Shown piece by piece: positions 25,400-37,799 of a stretch of DNA of 64,000 nt. A program made the position numbers and the translations under genes. How positions within the stretch are numbered: position 1 is the first letter of the stretch; every line of letters begins with the position of its first letter. The stretch is from Octopus bimaculoides (Eukaryota): NCBI RefSeq assembly GCF_001194135.2, contig NC_068983.1, positions 14,228,306 to 14,292,305 of the forward strand. The letters are read 5' to 3'. The notes beneath the pieces were generated by a model. The model ran no database searches. It was given only the letters and a program-made list of their open reading frames with translations, and was not told the origin of the DNA.

Positions 25400-25830
25400 A
25401 AAAAGTCCGAAATTTTGGGAGAGGGGGGCAGTCGATTAGATCGACCCCAGAACATAAGTGGTACTTAATTTATTGACCCCGAAAGGATGGAAGGCAAAGA
25501 CGACGTCGGTGGAATTTGAACTCAGATCGTAAAAACAGACGAAATTCCACTAAGCATTTCGCCCGAAGTGCTAACGTTTCTACCAGCTCACCGTCTCTAA
25601 GCACACGTTAATGTTGTTTAAGAAAACCGTGTATATTGGATTATGAAATCTAGAGTGGGGGTTAATCGATTGTATTGAACCTAAGAATTAACAGGGATTT
25701 TATTTTGTAGCCATCGAATAGGATGAAATGTAATATTGATCTTCGCGGGATTTGAACGCAGAGCAAACAGAGCCAGAAGAAATACTTCAAATCATATTGC
25801 TCGACGCTCTAACAGTTTCACCGGTCCGTT
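25400..25830 (-). mobile_element. Two family A SINE copies (25400-25600, 25660-25830)
   Basis: Family A diagnostic blocks on the minus strand; the second copy is more diverged. Confidence 0.75.
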
Positions 25831-26370
25831 ACGCTTAGGGCGAATTTAATGCAGACATTTAAAATTATTCGTGTTGAATAGTAAAGAAAAGGGAATAGAC
25901 GTCAAGTTTCTGTCAATTTATCCTTCAGCGCCGTAATTCAAAAAGCTCAAGGCCAAACACTTGCAAATGGCGACATCTACGCCTATAAGAGTGGTTGCCC
26001 TCTCATGGTCTGCTTTATGGTAGCTATATCAAAATAAGAAATTCAAATGAACTTAGATCTATGTTAAAACCAAAGAGAGGGAAAAAGAAGTTTTTGCAGA
26101 GAATATTGCGTATACAGGAATCCTGTAAATGTGTCGTTGATCTGGAATATTCTACAAATAAAATATTCTCATACAACAAATTTTCTCATCTTATACAATG
26201 TTAATGTAAGAACAAACAACAACAATCACATTGAAACGGCGTCATAGATATAGAATAATTAATGAGTTGAAAAATGCTGTGGATCATAATTTTCTATTGT
26301 TTTCTTATGGAAATTTCTAATATGGTGTCAATTACCTCTTTGGAATGGTAGAAGTTTAAATTTGGTGAAC

Positions 26371-26509
26371 ATAGGCGCAAAAATTGGCTGTGTAGTTAAG
26401 AAGCTCGTTTTGCAGGCACGTGGTTTCGGTTTCAGTTTCATTGCGTGTCTCCTTCTATCGCATCGGACCGTGAGTGAATTTTGGTTTACGGAAACTGTAT
26501 GGAAGCTCG

Positions 26510-26582
<73 letters not shown>

Positions 26583-26730
26583 GTGTGTATGTTTGTGTTA
26601 GTGTTTGTTCCCCACACCTACCGCTTGACAACTTGTGTTCGATTCTTTGCATATGCAGTGAAGTAGCGGTTCGGTAAAAGGAGAAGATAAGTAATAGGGT
26701 TTTTAAAAAATACGTAAGCCTTGGGACTTA
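26371..26730 (+). mobile_element. SINE family B, diverged, with expanded internal (TA)n
   Basis: ATAGGCGCA..TGGCTGTGTAGTTAAGAAGCT head; CGCTTGACAAC and TAGCGGTTCGG blocks. Confidence 0.65.
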
Positions 26731-26769
26731 TCAGAACCCCCCCCACCCCTCAAGTCAGCGCGCCAGCAT

Positions 26770-27030
26770 GCGTGTCTGCAGTCTAATGACTGGCACAGTG
26801 TCAAGCTGACAGCAAAACTCGCGGCAATTCAGCGTCACTATACAAACAAGATCGCTACAGTCTAGCAGATGAACTACAGGGACCGACTGAAGGCACTAAG
26901 TCTCTACTCCTTGGAGCACAGGCGGGAAAGATATGTAATAATTTACATATGGAAAATACTGGAAGGACTGGTACCAAATGTTGGTATCACGTACTATACA
27001 AATGCCCGCACAGGTCGACACTGCATAATA
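26770..27030 (+). mobile_element. CR1/L2-group LINE, RT C-terminal fragment
   Basis: KLAAIQRHYTNKIATV*QMNYRDRLKALSLYSLEHRRERYVIIYIWKILEGLVPN matches the CR1-type LExIQRxxT...YxERLxxLxLYSLERRR..WKI motif. Confidence 0.75.
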
Positions 27031-27058
27031 CAATTTTGTCCGGCGTGCTAAAGATTCT

Positions 27059-27290
27059 TAATTCTTTATTGCCCACAAGGGGCTACACACAGAGGGGACA
27101 AACAAGGACAGAGAAACGGATTAAGTCGATATCATCGACCCCAGTGCGTATCTGGTACTTATTTAATCGACCCCGAAAGGATGAAAGGCAAAGTCGACCT
27201 CGGCGGAATTTGAACTCAGAACGTAGCGGCAGACGAAATACGGCTAAGCATTTCGCCCGGCGTGCTAAAGTTTCTGCCAGCTCACCGCCT
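27059..27290 (-). mobile_element. SINE family A, full length, 13-bp TSD
   Basis: TGCTAAAGATTCT at 27046-27058 and 27291-27303; A-box TGGCAGAAAC and B-box GAGTTCAAATTCC; tail ...GCCCCTTGTGGGCAATAAAGAATTAA. Confidence 0.9.
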
Positions 27291-27391
27291 TGCTAAAGAT
27301 TCTACCAACGTGCTGCTTCAGCCCTCTAAAGATTCTGCCAGCTCGCTACCTTAGCCTTTTAATAAATTAAACATTAAATGTTACTGAATAA

Positions 27392-27692
27392 CTGGTACTC
27401 CGTCAGTTACGACGACGAGGGTCCCAGTTCAATGGAACAACAATTAACGTGCAAGTGGCTGAGCATTCCACAGACACATGTACCCTTAATGTAGCACTGA
27501 AGGTGATTCAGGGTGACACAAAGTGTGATAAGGCTGGCTCTTCGAAATACAGGTACTATCCATTTTTGCCAGATGAGTGGACTGGAGCAACGTGAAATAA
27601 AGTGCCTTCTTCAAGGACACAAGGGGTCTCCGGGAATTGAAATCACGACCTTACAATCGTGGGAACAATATCGTAACCACTAAGCCACGTGA
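27392..27692 (-). mobile_element. SINE family D, near full length, 10-bp TSD
   Basis: TACTGAATAA at 27382-27391 and 27693-27702; tRNA-like head TGGCTTAGTGGTTA; 3' part shared with family C. Confidence 0.8.
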
Positions 27693-27849
27693 TACTGAAT
27701 AAGTAACGGAATTATAACTGTTTTTATTTCATTTTAAACACAGTTGTAGTATTCCTGAATTATAAAGATTCTGGTCGCAACAACTAAAGTTCCTGTGGAT
27801 TCATTGAGAGAAACATAATTTCTGACTGACGGTAAATAAACACATGTTG

Positions 27850-28075
27850 AACACAGGGCAGAAGCTAGCAACGCAGTGAGGTGACTGAATCGATAGCACT
27901 TTGAACCAAATGGTCAGTGACATTTTTTCTAATCCTTTACGTTCTGAGTTCTGATCCAGCCGATGTCAACCTTACCTTCCATCCCGTCTCACTTTTTCTT
28001 TTATGTAAAGCATAATCGCATTGGAGTTAATGCAATTGACCTGCCCCTCCCCTCAAAATTGCTAGCATTGAACAC
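27850..28075 (+). mobile_element. SINE family A, diverged
   Basis: TTACGTTCTGAGTTC..GTCAACCTTACCTTCCATCC..CCCCTCCCCTCAAAATTGCT. Confidence 0.6.
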
Positions 28076-28718
28076 TGCAACGGGATGGCCTCCCTTTCAA
28101 GGAGCTGAAATCTCGGTCACTTAAACGCCGTGGAAACCGGGTAACCGGTTTCAATGGCCCTTGGCCACACACAAGAACGAAAACAAATTATAAGTTTGTA
28201 AATCGCAGCAAAATTGAGTTGACACTAACAGTTCCGTGACAAAGATGCACAAGAATGTACAAATGTTATGCTATGAATCACATCGTTATTTCTTTCCAGC
28301 TATTCTTTTAGGTTGCCAAAGCTATCGATGTTTTTCACTCAACAACTATATATGTGTAAGTCACGTCCGCAAAGGAGGTCCAATAAGACCGGAACATGTT
28401 GGAATTTGTCAGCGTATATGGCAGAAATCGAACCCACAGTCCGTGGTGTAGTCTTTTCCAATTTTTAATTACTCTTAATTTGTCTAAGTTCCAGAGTAGT
28501 AACCCCTTTATTTTCAAGAGTAGAATTAACCATTAAGCTATTGAACTTTTCTACTAACTATGAATATTATTTAAATCAATTAAACATTTTTTTTGCCACT
28601 TCCTTAAATATATTGCCGACTACTCATTTAAAATACTGATATGATGGTTTAATTAAAACAAGTTTAAAATACCATATCACAACTATTTGGTATCACACAG
28701 TAGAATGGATATGTTATG

Positions 28719-28784
<66 letters not shown>

Positions 28785-29544
28785 ATATTTGTATATTTAT
28801 GTGTGTGTGTATATATATAAGATGAGCAATAAAGATACCTACAGAAATATATTTATTCTAATTTATCTTCGAATTGGTTCACGTCTATTTAGATAATAAT
28901 TTTATAAGATTGATTGTCACGTTAGCTTTAATTACATCATTTAAATTCAGCAAGTAAATCAATTTCCTGAAATTGCTAAAAGTCGTAGCTTCCTGATATC
29001 TTTCGTAATTCTTCTCCTAAACAATCGCCATAAAATCTCGTTTGAATTTTAAATATACAATTATTAAGACCGACTCATTCATTTCTAGCTAGCAATCAAG
29101 AAATCAACCAAACTTAGTGGTTTTCTTTCTGTTTCTAACATCCATCCATCTCTACACACACACGCACACGCACACAATCGTAGTAGACTCAGGCAATAGA
29201 TGATGCAATACGACGAATTAATACGCATCTTGCAATGTTCATGTTTTTCTAGTTATTGCACACGCAAGCACACAAGCATATTTATATGAGTATCACAAAC
29301 ACATACACACTTGCACGCACAACACTTACATACACACGCACAACACTTACATACACACGCACACAAAGAATCGCACAGAAACACACACTTGAGAAAAATA
29401 ACAACTGTGTTGCGTTACGAGTGGTATTATAAAAAGTATTACAGTGGTGAAGCAAGGAAATTTACAGGAAAAATGAAAACACGGTGTCGACGGAAGTGCA
29501 CAAGTCTGATCTCGTCCTCAGTTTCCAATTAGAAATGATTGTCT

Positions 29545-30236
29545 AAGGTATTCAGTGGACACTGATGAACAAGCTGGAGGACTTGGACTACGTAAATGAT
29601 CTCGCCCTACTGTCACATTGCCTGCAAGACATGCAAGATAAGGCAGACCACCTGAGAGAAACTTCCCAGCGAGTAGGCTTGAGGATCAGCCAGGAAAAGA
29701 CAAAAGTGCTGCGTATCAGCAGGCAGGAGGAGCCAATTACAATCGAAGGGGCAGCTGTAGAGGAGGTTAGTGAGTTTGTCTATCCTGGAAGCGAGATCAG
29801 CAAACTAGGTGGATCAGACGAGGACATCACTGCAAGAAGCAAGAAGGCTTGGCAAGCCTTCGCTATTCTTCGGCCGGTATTGAAGTCCACTGCCATCTCA
29901 ACTTGAACTAAACTCCGCTTACTTAGTTCAAACGTAAAATCTGTGCTTTTGTATGGCTCTGAAACATGGAGAGCCACCTGCAGCAACTACATGAAGATCC
30001 AGACCTTCATCAACAAACGTCTCCGGCAGATCTTCCATCTGAAGTGGTTCGACAGAGCGCCAAACACCGATCTGTGGGAAAGGGCCAACCAGGAGTTCAT
30101 ACATGTTCAGATTAGACGAAGGAAATGGAGATGGATCGGACACACACTGCGGAAAGAACCCTCAAATGTGACACGACAAGCACTTGACTGGAACCCGTAG
30201 GGGAAAAGGAAGCGAGGACGCCCGAAGTAGACATGT
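29545..30236 (+). mobile_element. RTE-clade LINE fragment (RT catalytic region through C-terminus)
   Basis: One frame with a few stops: GIQWTLMNKLEDLDYVNDLALLSH...GLRISQEKTKVL...EFVYPGS...KSTAIST*TKLRLLSSNVKSVLLYGSETW...RKWRWIGHTLRK...ALDWNP*GKRKRGRPK. LDYADD-derived site; LLYGSETW and WIGH..RK..GRP are RTE hallmarks. Confidence 0.92.
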
Positions 30237-30545
30237 AAGTGTGTATATTTATATGCAAGGAAAATACGAACCACTGCAGGAATGTACCCTTTCTAACGCA
30301 TGAAATATGTGTGTGTATATGTGTGCCTATATATATGTACGTGCATGTATATGTATGTATTTCTCCTTTTATGTGCCTTTTCATTTCTAAAAAAACTGTA
30401 CCCTCTCAAATTCCATTTTTACTTCGATTCTACTATTATTTCTCTTTCTCTTTTTTGATGTCTTCTCTAATAACAATATTGTACTACACCTACTAATAAC
30501 TGATTCTGTTATAAGTGTGTACATGCATATATGCATGAATGTGTG

Positions 30546-30593
<48 letters not shown>

Positions 30594-30669
30594 TAAATTA
30601 GCCCTCTGAACTACTTAGACTATCTTATAAACTCCCTGACGAAGCCTATATATATATATATATATATAT

Positions 30670-30721
<52 letters not shown>

Positions 30722-30939
30722 ATGTATATATATATATATATATATGTATATTATTGTATATATATGTATATATAAGTATATATGTGATAGTGTGTGTTTA
30801 TAGGTGCCAGTAAGTAATCTCTCTCTCTTTATATAAATATATATATATATATATATATGTCAAGAGAGAGAAAATGATAGATATGCACACATACATATGT
30901 ATAAGCACACATGCATTCATCTATATAATTTGTGTTTGT

Positions 30940-31016
<77 letters not shown>

Positions 31017-34000
31017 ATCTATCTACCAATCTATATTATACACACACAAACACATGTATGTATCTCAAATATGGAATAAATAATGAATGCACACTCAAAT
31101 AGTCACATGAGCACAAAAGTATTCGCATTTTTGCTCAGAGATAAAATGTCTTATGAAAAACATTCATGCATATGAATTTTTTTCTGTACGGAATTGTATT
31201 ATTTTTCCAGCTTTGTAAACATTGATGCGAGGAAATGTAAGCGCTCTAGCTAGCCTAAAGTGAAAGCAATATTTCGTGTTGAATATTATCTGGCAAATCT
31301 AATGCATATTATTTATGCTTTAAATTCGGCTACCGGAGCCACTTGCATACTTCACTTAATTCAAGCAATGTTCCAAATAAGATGGCAAACATTTGAACTG
31401 TCTGAAATTGCTTTAAGGGTCTTAAGCTATGTTTTACGACTTCGGGCCATTTGTTAGCAGAAGAAAAACACACACAAAAAAAAAAAATATGACTAAATTA
31501 TTGGGTTATAAGAAGGATCATGTGTCATTTAATTATGATATGCCACGCTTATACTTCTCTACTCAAGATATTCGCTTCTTCAATCATTGAATGATTCACA
31601 ACAGAAAGAAAGAAAAAACTCGTAAAAATCAAAACCAAGTGGAAAAACCAAAAAGAAACGAAGCAAAAATCAATATTATCACTGTTTCGCATAACTTTCT
31701 ATCGATGTGGATGTTAAGTAATTATTGGAACTTTCAGCATAACCAAAACCAAATCCGTTTTTGATTTAAAATTTAAATTTGATAATTTGTTCAATGGGAA
31801 AGGTAAACGTTGGAACTAAAGTGAAACAAAACAAAATTATAATTAGATTCAGCATTTTTATATTCATTTAGTTTGGCATTTTTTAAATATTTTAAAATCT
31901 GTATTTAGAAGTTAGTATTCACCAATAAAACAACATTTTTTTTCTCCCTAAACTTAAAAGCAACATATTACTGACCGAATCTTTTCTGGTTTATAATTAA
32001 AGTGCAACCCGTTTATTTGCTGGCGATATCAGAATAGAAACAAAGGTCACATCTGAAATATTGCCGTTCAGCTTTTGAACTCCATACATTTTCAAATATC
32101 TTGTTTTGTTAATTTTACTTTTCATATGATATTTAATGCATTCTCTCTCGTTGTTTTCCCCTCTTTCCTTTCACTATGTCTCCGGCACACGTTGTTTTTT
32201 TTTTATATATACTTTTTTATTTGTTCATTATTTTTCCTTTATTCTCTGTCGATTGGTGGTTCGCAAAGTTTATGTCAGGATTAATTTGATATTTATGCAT
32301 AATTTTTCCCCTCGGTAATCTTTAACATCACTGTTATTGTTTGGCTAGAATGGATAAAAAGACAAAGATATAAATAAAACTCTATCAGATAAATATCCTT
32401 GTCCAGCCATGCTAGCTGTAATTACTTTCAAGTTGATATATGATCAATGATAAACAGAGTTAATTCCTGTTTCGATAATTAAACGATTACATTTAAATCA
32501 TTATATACACAATAGAAAACACACACATACACAAAAATAAATAAATAAGAAAAGAAAGTGATCTAAGGGAAATAACTCAATAAGCCGTATAGATTGAGAT
32601 AAATCAAATACATACTGCAAAATAAAATGACGTACGCTAAAAATCTTTATCAATTAAAATTTTCCACTTATTTGGAGAAAGAAAATAAATATGCGGTATT
32701 CTTCAGCGATTTACAAAGAAAGTGGGAAATAATTTCAATGAATTAAGGATTGAATTAAAAAGTTTAAAATAGCTTCTCATATTTAAGGAAAAATCTGATG
32801 TTTGTTACTGATTACAGAAGAGAAGCAGATACGTTTCGGAATTGTTGCATCTCGTCAGTAAATCCTACGTCACGCATCTGTCTGATCCAGTGCACACAAG
32901 TTTTGACATGTACAAGAAGGACACGAACAATGTTCAGCCGCAGGAATTTAATAAAATAACTATAATGAATTAAAGGTACTTTAGTTGGAGAAAATACCCC
33001 TAGCGGTATTTATTTGCTATTCATTAAAAAAGGGGAAATAATTTGAATAAAGGAAGATTTAATAGAAAAGAATAAGACTCACACTTAAGGGAACAGCTTC
33101 CCTAGTTACTGGGAGACTAACAGTAATGGACGTGATCGGTCTTCCATGTTATCAAGTGGCAAAACCTGCCAGCCAATCAAGTAAGCAACCAAAGAACCAC
33201 GCAATCAACTCAACCACCAAAGACCAACCAACCAACCAACCAACCAGCCAAATAGTCAACTAACAAACTAACAATGCCTGCTGGGCGCCAGCCGGGAAGC
33301 AGTTTGACTGAATGACAAGATTATAAAGGTACTTCTACGTAGTTGCTGGCCCTACTTGATATAGCAGCCAAATCTCTCTGAAATCACACTATACTTACTT
33401 TAACAAGATTTTATCGCTGACCAACTGGATAATGTTGCGCGGAATATAGTATATTCAAAGAAACGGTAAGGGGCAAGCTGGTAGAATCGTCAGCATTCCG
33501 AGTTCAAGTTCCGTCGAGACCTTCATGCTTTCGGGGTCGATAAAATAAGCGCCATTTAAGCACTGGGGACAAATCACAAGAAAGCGGAATACTCAGAGCA
33601 AGAATATTACTGATGATGGTTCTGTTAGACCAGAGATGGCCTTTGTCTAAAGACGAACAAGAACAAGAACAACAACAGCAGTAAGAACGATCATAGAGCA
33701 ACTCTACCAAGAAACAAACCTCAATATCAGTTTATTTGCCATTAAATAAGCCTCTCCAAGTAACCCAACATGCTTTTGAAGGATGGAAACCTTGTTATGC
33801 TTACATAAACACTTAGAAACAGCAGCGAAATCCTCATCGAATTACATCATATGGCGAACAGGTTCCTTCGTAAGCTAGCATTACTTTAAGTTATATCCAC
33901 ATTGAATAGCATATATCAAAATCAAACAACTATAGTGTTGTCATATAACTATTGTCCAGTAAATGCGGTACACATTATAGTTCCATTGCAGGGGTGTAAG

Positions 34001-35031
34001 CAAGATAAACAATAGTTAGCGAGTTCCGTACGCAATTAAAGTCATTCATTATATTACTGTTGCTGACGCGATGTAATTCCAGATCAACCTTAACCAAGAA
34101 GATTGTGATCAAGTGTTCCATCTATACATTAATCATACCAATTTTTTCGGATGCAGTTACAAAGATTGAATCATCCAAAGTTTTACTTCCATTTTTAAGA
34201 TGACGGATCGTGATGTGGTTTCAAAGAGAATTGATTGCTATTTCTACCAAGTAGAGTGAATGCATAGATCCTTCTGTTGTACTTCCATAGATTGTTATTC
34301 AATGATGTTTTGCAATAAGACTGGCGGAACTCATTACATCCACTACAGATTTTGAAATCAGTATCCAAATAGTAATGTTAACTTGACTCTATGAGTACAA
34401 ATCAAGCACGTTAGATGATGAAAGTACGAAAAATATCATAGCATTTGAAATGGAGTATTACATGTAGGCGCTTCACATCTCATATACTGAACGTCAAACA
34501 AATACGAATGATGGAAATAGAGTTGTTGAGAACACTGTGAGCAACTAAAGTATTCAGTCAGTAGTTAAAAAGAAATGTTTCTCTCGTGTTAGAAAGATAC
34601 CATGACGCTATTTCTCGCATGGAAAACATACTCGGTAAGGGATATATCCGAACACAATAAAGAAGAGGTTAGGCAATATAGTATGAACATGGGGGTTAGT
34701 TAATGACCATGGTAAAGGAAGGAAGCGGACTGCGTCTCTTGCTATTCAATTTCAGTCGTAGTTATACAACAATGCAGACATAAATACACAAGTACATACA
34801 TACATACGCATATACATACGCACACACACATACAAGTGCGCACACGCTCATACATATATTTGATTACAGGATAATACTTGGTAATTCTACTTCTATCTCA
34901 CTACCTATAAAAGTAAATTGCTTTTTGTTTGAGTTGGCTAACGTCTGAAAATACAAGTAAGCATGTAAGTAATATATATATAAATGTATGCATGTGTTTG
35001 CATATATATACATACATATACATACACAGAG

Positions 35032-35096
<65 letters not shown>

Positions 35097-35098
35097 TA

Positions 35099-35301
35099 CA
35101 GGGTTGGCCACAAGTCACCTGACAGTAATTCTGTTTTGATTCGAATGGAAAAATGTGTCGCTCAAGAAGGACTCCAGTTGGACACAATTTTCATATTTCA
35201 TATTTAGATGCTTTTATTAAATTAATTCAGTTGTCAAACATAAATAAATTTTAGAATTAAATGGTTTTGATTTACTCTCAGGTGACTTTTGACCAACCCT
35301 G
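35099..35301 (+). mobile_element. Tc1/mariner-superfamily MITE (rosa/Tc3-like), 24-bp TIRs, TA TSD
   Basis: CAGGGTTGGCCACAAGTCACCTGA versus right-end reverse complement CAGGGTTGGTCAAAAGTCACCTGA (22/24). Internal [18 protein letters not shown] resembles a transposase C-terminus. Confidence 0.85.
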
Positions 35302-35344
35302 TATACACACACGCACACAAACACTTTTGTATATAAATATATGA

Positions 35345-35615
35345 AAAGAGACATCGGTATTGCATCTCTCTATTCTTATGGAACTAATGAACCATTCTAC
35401 ATATTGACAATTAGTGTGGTGTTAAGATCGGCCATGCTTAAATAACCCGAGCTGATGCAGTATGACAACTCCCAGAGGTGTTTCCTGAATTTATCTATTC
35501 GATGGTAATAATGACTTCGTCTATATTAGGATTATTATCCATTTCCTTAATAAAATAGTTCTATGGAACATCTTCCATGGCATTCTTATCTATTGTCGAT
35601 GAGTTGTGAAAAATA
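35345..35615 (-). mobile_element. Old RTE-clade LINE fragment (pre-RT region)
   Basis: KEMDNNPNIDEVIITIE*INSGNTSG.../LFKHG.../GSLVP*E*RDAIPMSLF, like ELDxxPxxxEVxxAIxxLxSGKAPG...LKxGG...GxVPQEWRDA. Confidence 0.6.
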
Positions 35616-36195
35616 AAATAATAAAAAGACACGTCTGAAACGCTCTGTTCTTCGTTTCAAAACGACTTAGTATCACTGATGATGGTGAATCCAGCCTTAA
35701 AATTGAGTAAGTTGTATTTTATTCCAACTTTTACTAAGCTAGAAATTTTTGGAGGTGTCCTTTTTGTCAAAGGTAAGTTAAATATCTGTAGGTATGCTTG
35801 ACAGCCACAGAGGAGATACGCGGCTTAGAAATTAAAGGCGTTGCACACATGATTGTGAGATTGTGATTTCTATTCCTAGACATTTCACGTTGCTCCAGTC
35901 CACGCAGGTGGCAAAATTGAGTACTTCTACGACGGTCCGGCGTCCCATCTAGGGGCCAGTATACGCTAGAGAATCCAAAAAAAATTAGCCCCAATGAGTC
36001 TATATGACCCAGAAGGGAGTGTTCTCCTTTATTCTTGACAAATGTCCTTCATGGTCTGCAGGCATCACTGCAACACTGAATTACGGCTCTTTTAATTATT
36101 CATCTTCCTTCAAACTTGCCTTTTCACGCCAATTACAATGATCCCTCTTAACAGTAAAAGGTGTAACTTTGGTAAATTTTCTGGTAATTACTTAC

Positions 36196-36307
36196 TTGTA
36201 TAAAGTTGGTATGATAATCAACATATTTTTTATCCAGTTGTTTGCAGGCGCAAATATGTTCAAATCTGGTTGACATGCAAGGAGGTGATCTTTAACTCAG
36301 ACAGCTA
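36196..36307 (-). other. Candidate internal exon with strong splice sites (non-coding or start-containing)
   Basis: Minus strand: CTTTCTTGCTTTTTTCAATTCTCCAG|TAG| (tandem NAGNAG acceptor) ... TACAA|GTAAGT. All three frames from the acceptor hit stops; an internal ATG opens MSTRFEHICACKQLDKNMLIIIPTLY up to the donor. Confidence 0.3.
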
Positions 36308-36699
36308 CTGGAGAATTGAAAAAAGCAAGAAAGCTAGGGCGATCCCTTTCTCAATTGCTTATGGCCACCTAAACGTGTTAATATGGTAATTACTATGAGA
36401 GAAACTCTTATATTGATTTTTGGCGAAATATGCTCTCTTGTTTATATCGCTAGCGGGCAGATATTTCCCCGCTCCTTCCAGCGCCGAGGCCATCAGATCA
36501 TGTGATTTCGACCTTCTTTGGTCTTGTTTATGATAGTTGCTCGATCGCTGAAGATAGCAGCAATTCACCCCCCCCCCACCGCTAGTAATATACATAATAG
36601 AAGTTATATAACAAGCGCTTGCGTCGCGATTAGCCAGTTTTCTCTACTATGCCGGGTTCGCTCAAGTATTTGCATCCGCAAATATCTAAAAGGCTAAAT

Positions 36700-37430
36700 A
36701 GAAATGGTAGTTCGAATTTTGTCACACGGCCATCAATTTTGGGAGGATGTAAGTTAATTAAATAGACATCAGCGTTCAACTGGTAATTATTTTATCGGTC
36801 CCGAAAGGATGCAAGGCAAAGTCTTCCCTGGTGGAATTTGAAGTCAAAACGTAAAGGCAGACGAAATGCGCTAAGTGTTTTGCCCGGTGCACTAACTATT
36901 CTACCAACTCATTGCCTCTATAATTTCGAATTTTGGTACAAGGCCAGCAATTTCAGGAGAGGGTAAGTTGATTATATTGACACCAGTGTTCAACTGGTAC
37001 TTATTTAACATTATTTACATTATTTACATTTGACGGATATTTGTCCTCATCCTGTTTGCCTTGTCATCATTAGGTGTCTTAGGAAAATTTCGAACCTGTT
37101 CTCATTCCTAAGGTATTTTTCATTATTATTATTATTATTATTCAGGTCACTGCCTGGAATCGAACTCGGAAGCTTGGGGTTGGTAGCCCGCGCTCTTAAC
37201 CACTACGCCATATGAGGACAAATATCCGTCAAATGTAAATCATGTAAATAATGTACATAATTCCTCATCTCTTAAATATAGAACTGTATGGTACTTATTT
37301 TATCGACCCCGAGAGGATGCAGGGTAAAGTCGACCTTAGCAGAATTTGAACTCAGAACGTAAAGACAAGTGAAATGCGCTAAGCGCTTTGTCTGGCGGCG
37401 TGCTAATAATCCTGCTATTTCGCCGCCTTT
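36700..37430 (-). mobile_element. Two family A SINEs (36700-36915; 36935-37430, the latter split by the 37007-37288 insertion)
   Basis: Family A blocks; the second copy resumes at the duplicated TGGTACTTATTT. Confidence 0.8.
37007..37288 (-). mobile_element. tRNA-headed short element with an inverted duplication of its 3' end; 12-bp TSD
   Basis: TSD TGGTACTTATTT at 36995-37006 and 37289-37300; inverted repeat 37011-37050 / 37212-37251 (39/40); A-box TGGCGTAGTGG (37210-37200) and B-box GAGTTCGATTCC (37167-37156) on the minus strand. Confidence 0.8.
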
Positions 37431-37799
37431 AATGAATGGAAGTAATATCTGATTAACTGAACCAAAAGACGTGCAACTGCAGCCTTGAAATCACCTATGA
37501 GCGTATAAATGTCGAGGAATGACGTAGTTGAAAATCTTGGTGGATATGAGTTTATCAACGAACTGTGGGAAAGGCGTACATTTCTAAGATGCTGGTATAA
37601 TGAGTCAAGTACGGGACATTCATGAGATTTTTATCGATTTTTCTAGAAACATTAAGCCAAATATTTTCTTTAGAAATGAGAAACAAAGAGGATGAGAAGC
37701 GGGAGAGAGAGAGACAGAAAGTTAGAGAGAAAGTGTGAGTGTGTCGGAGTGAGAAGAGAGCGGAAGCATATTTAAGAGAGAAGAAAGTTCTAATTTTTT

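Noticed and set aside
30630-30650. CTGACGAAGCC before (TA)n, and CTGATGA-TGG..CCA at about 35676
   Set aside because: No GAAA or stem III partner; partial cores occur by chance.
37140-37212. tRNA gene
   Set aside because: A and B boxes are present, but the acceptor stem and cloverleaf are incomplete and it sits in a TSD-flanked insertion. The same applies to all SINE heads; no true tRNA or rRNA genes were seen.
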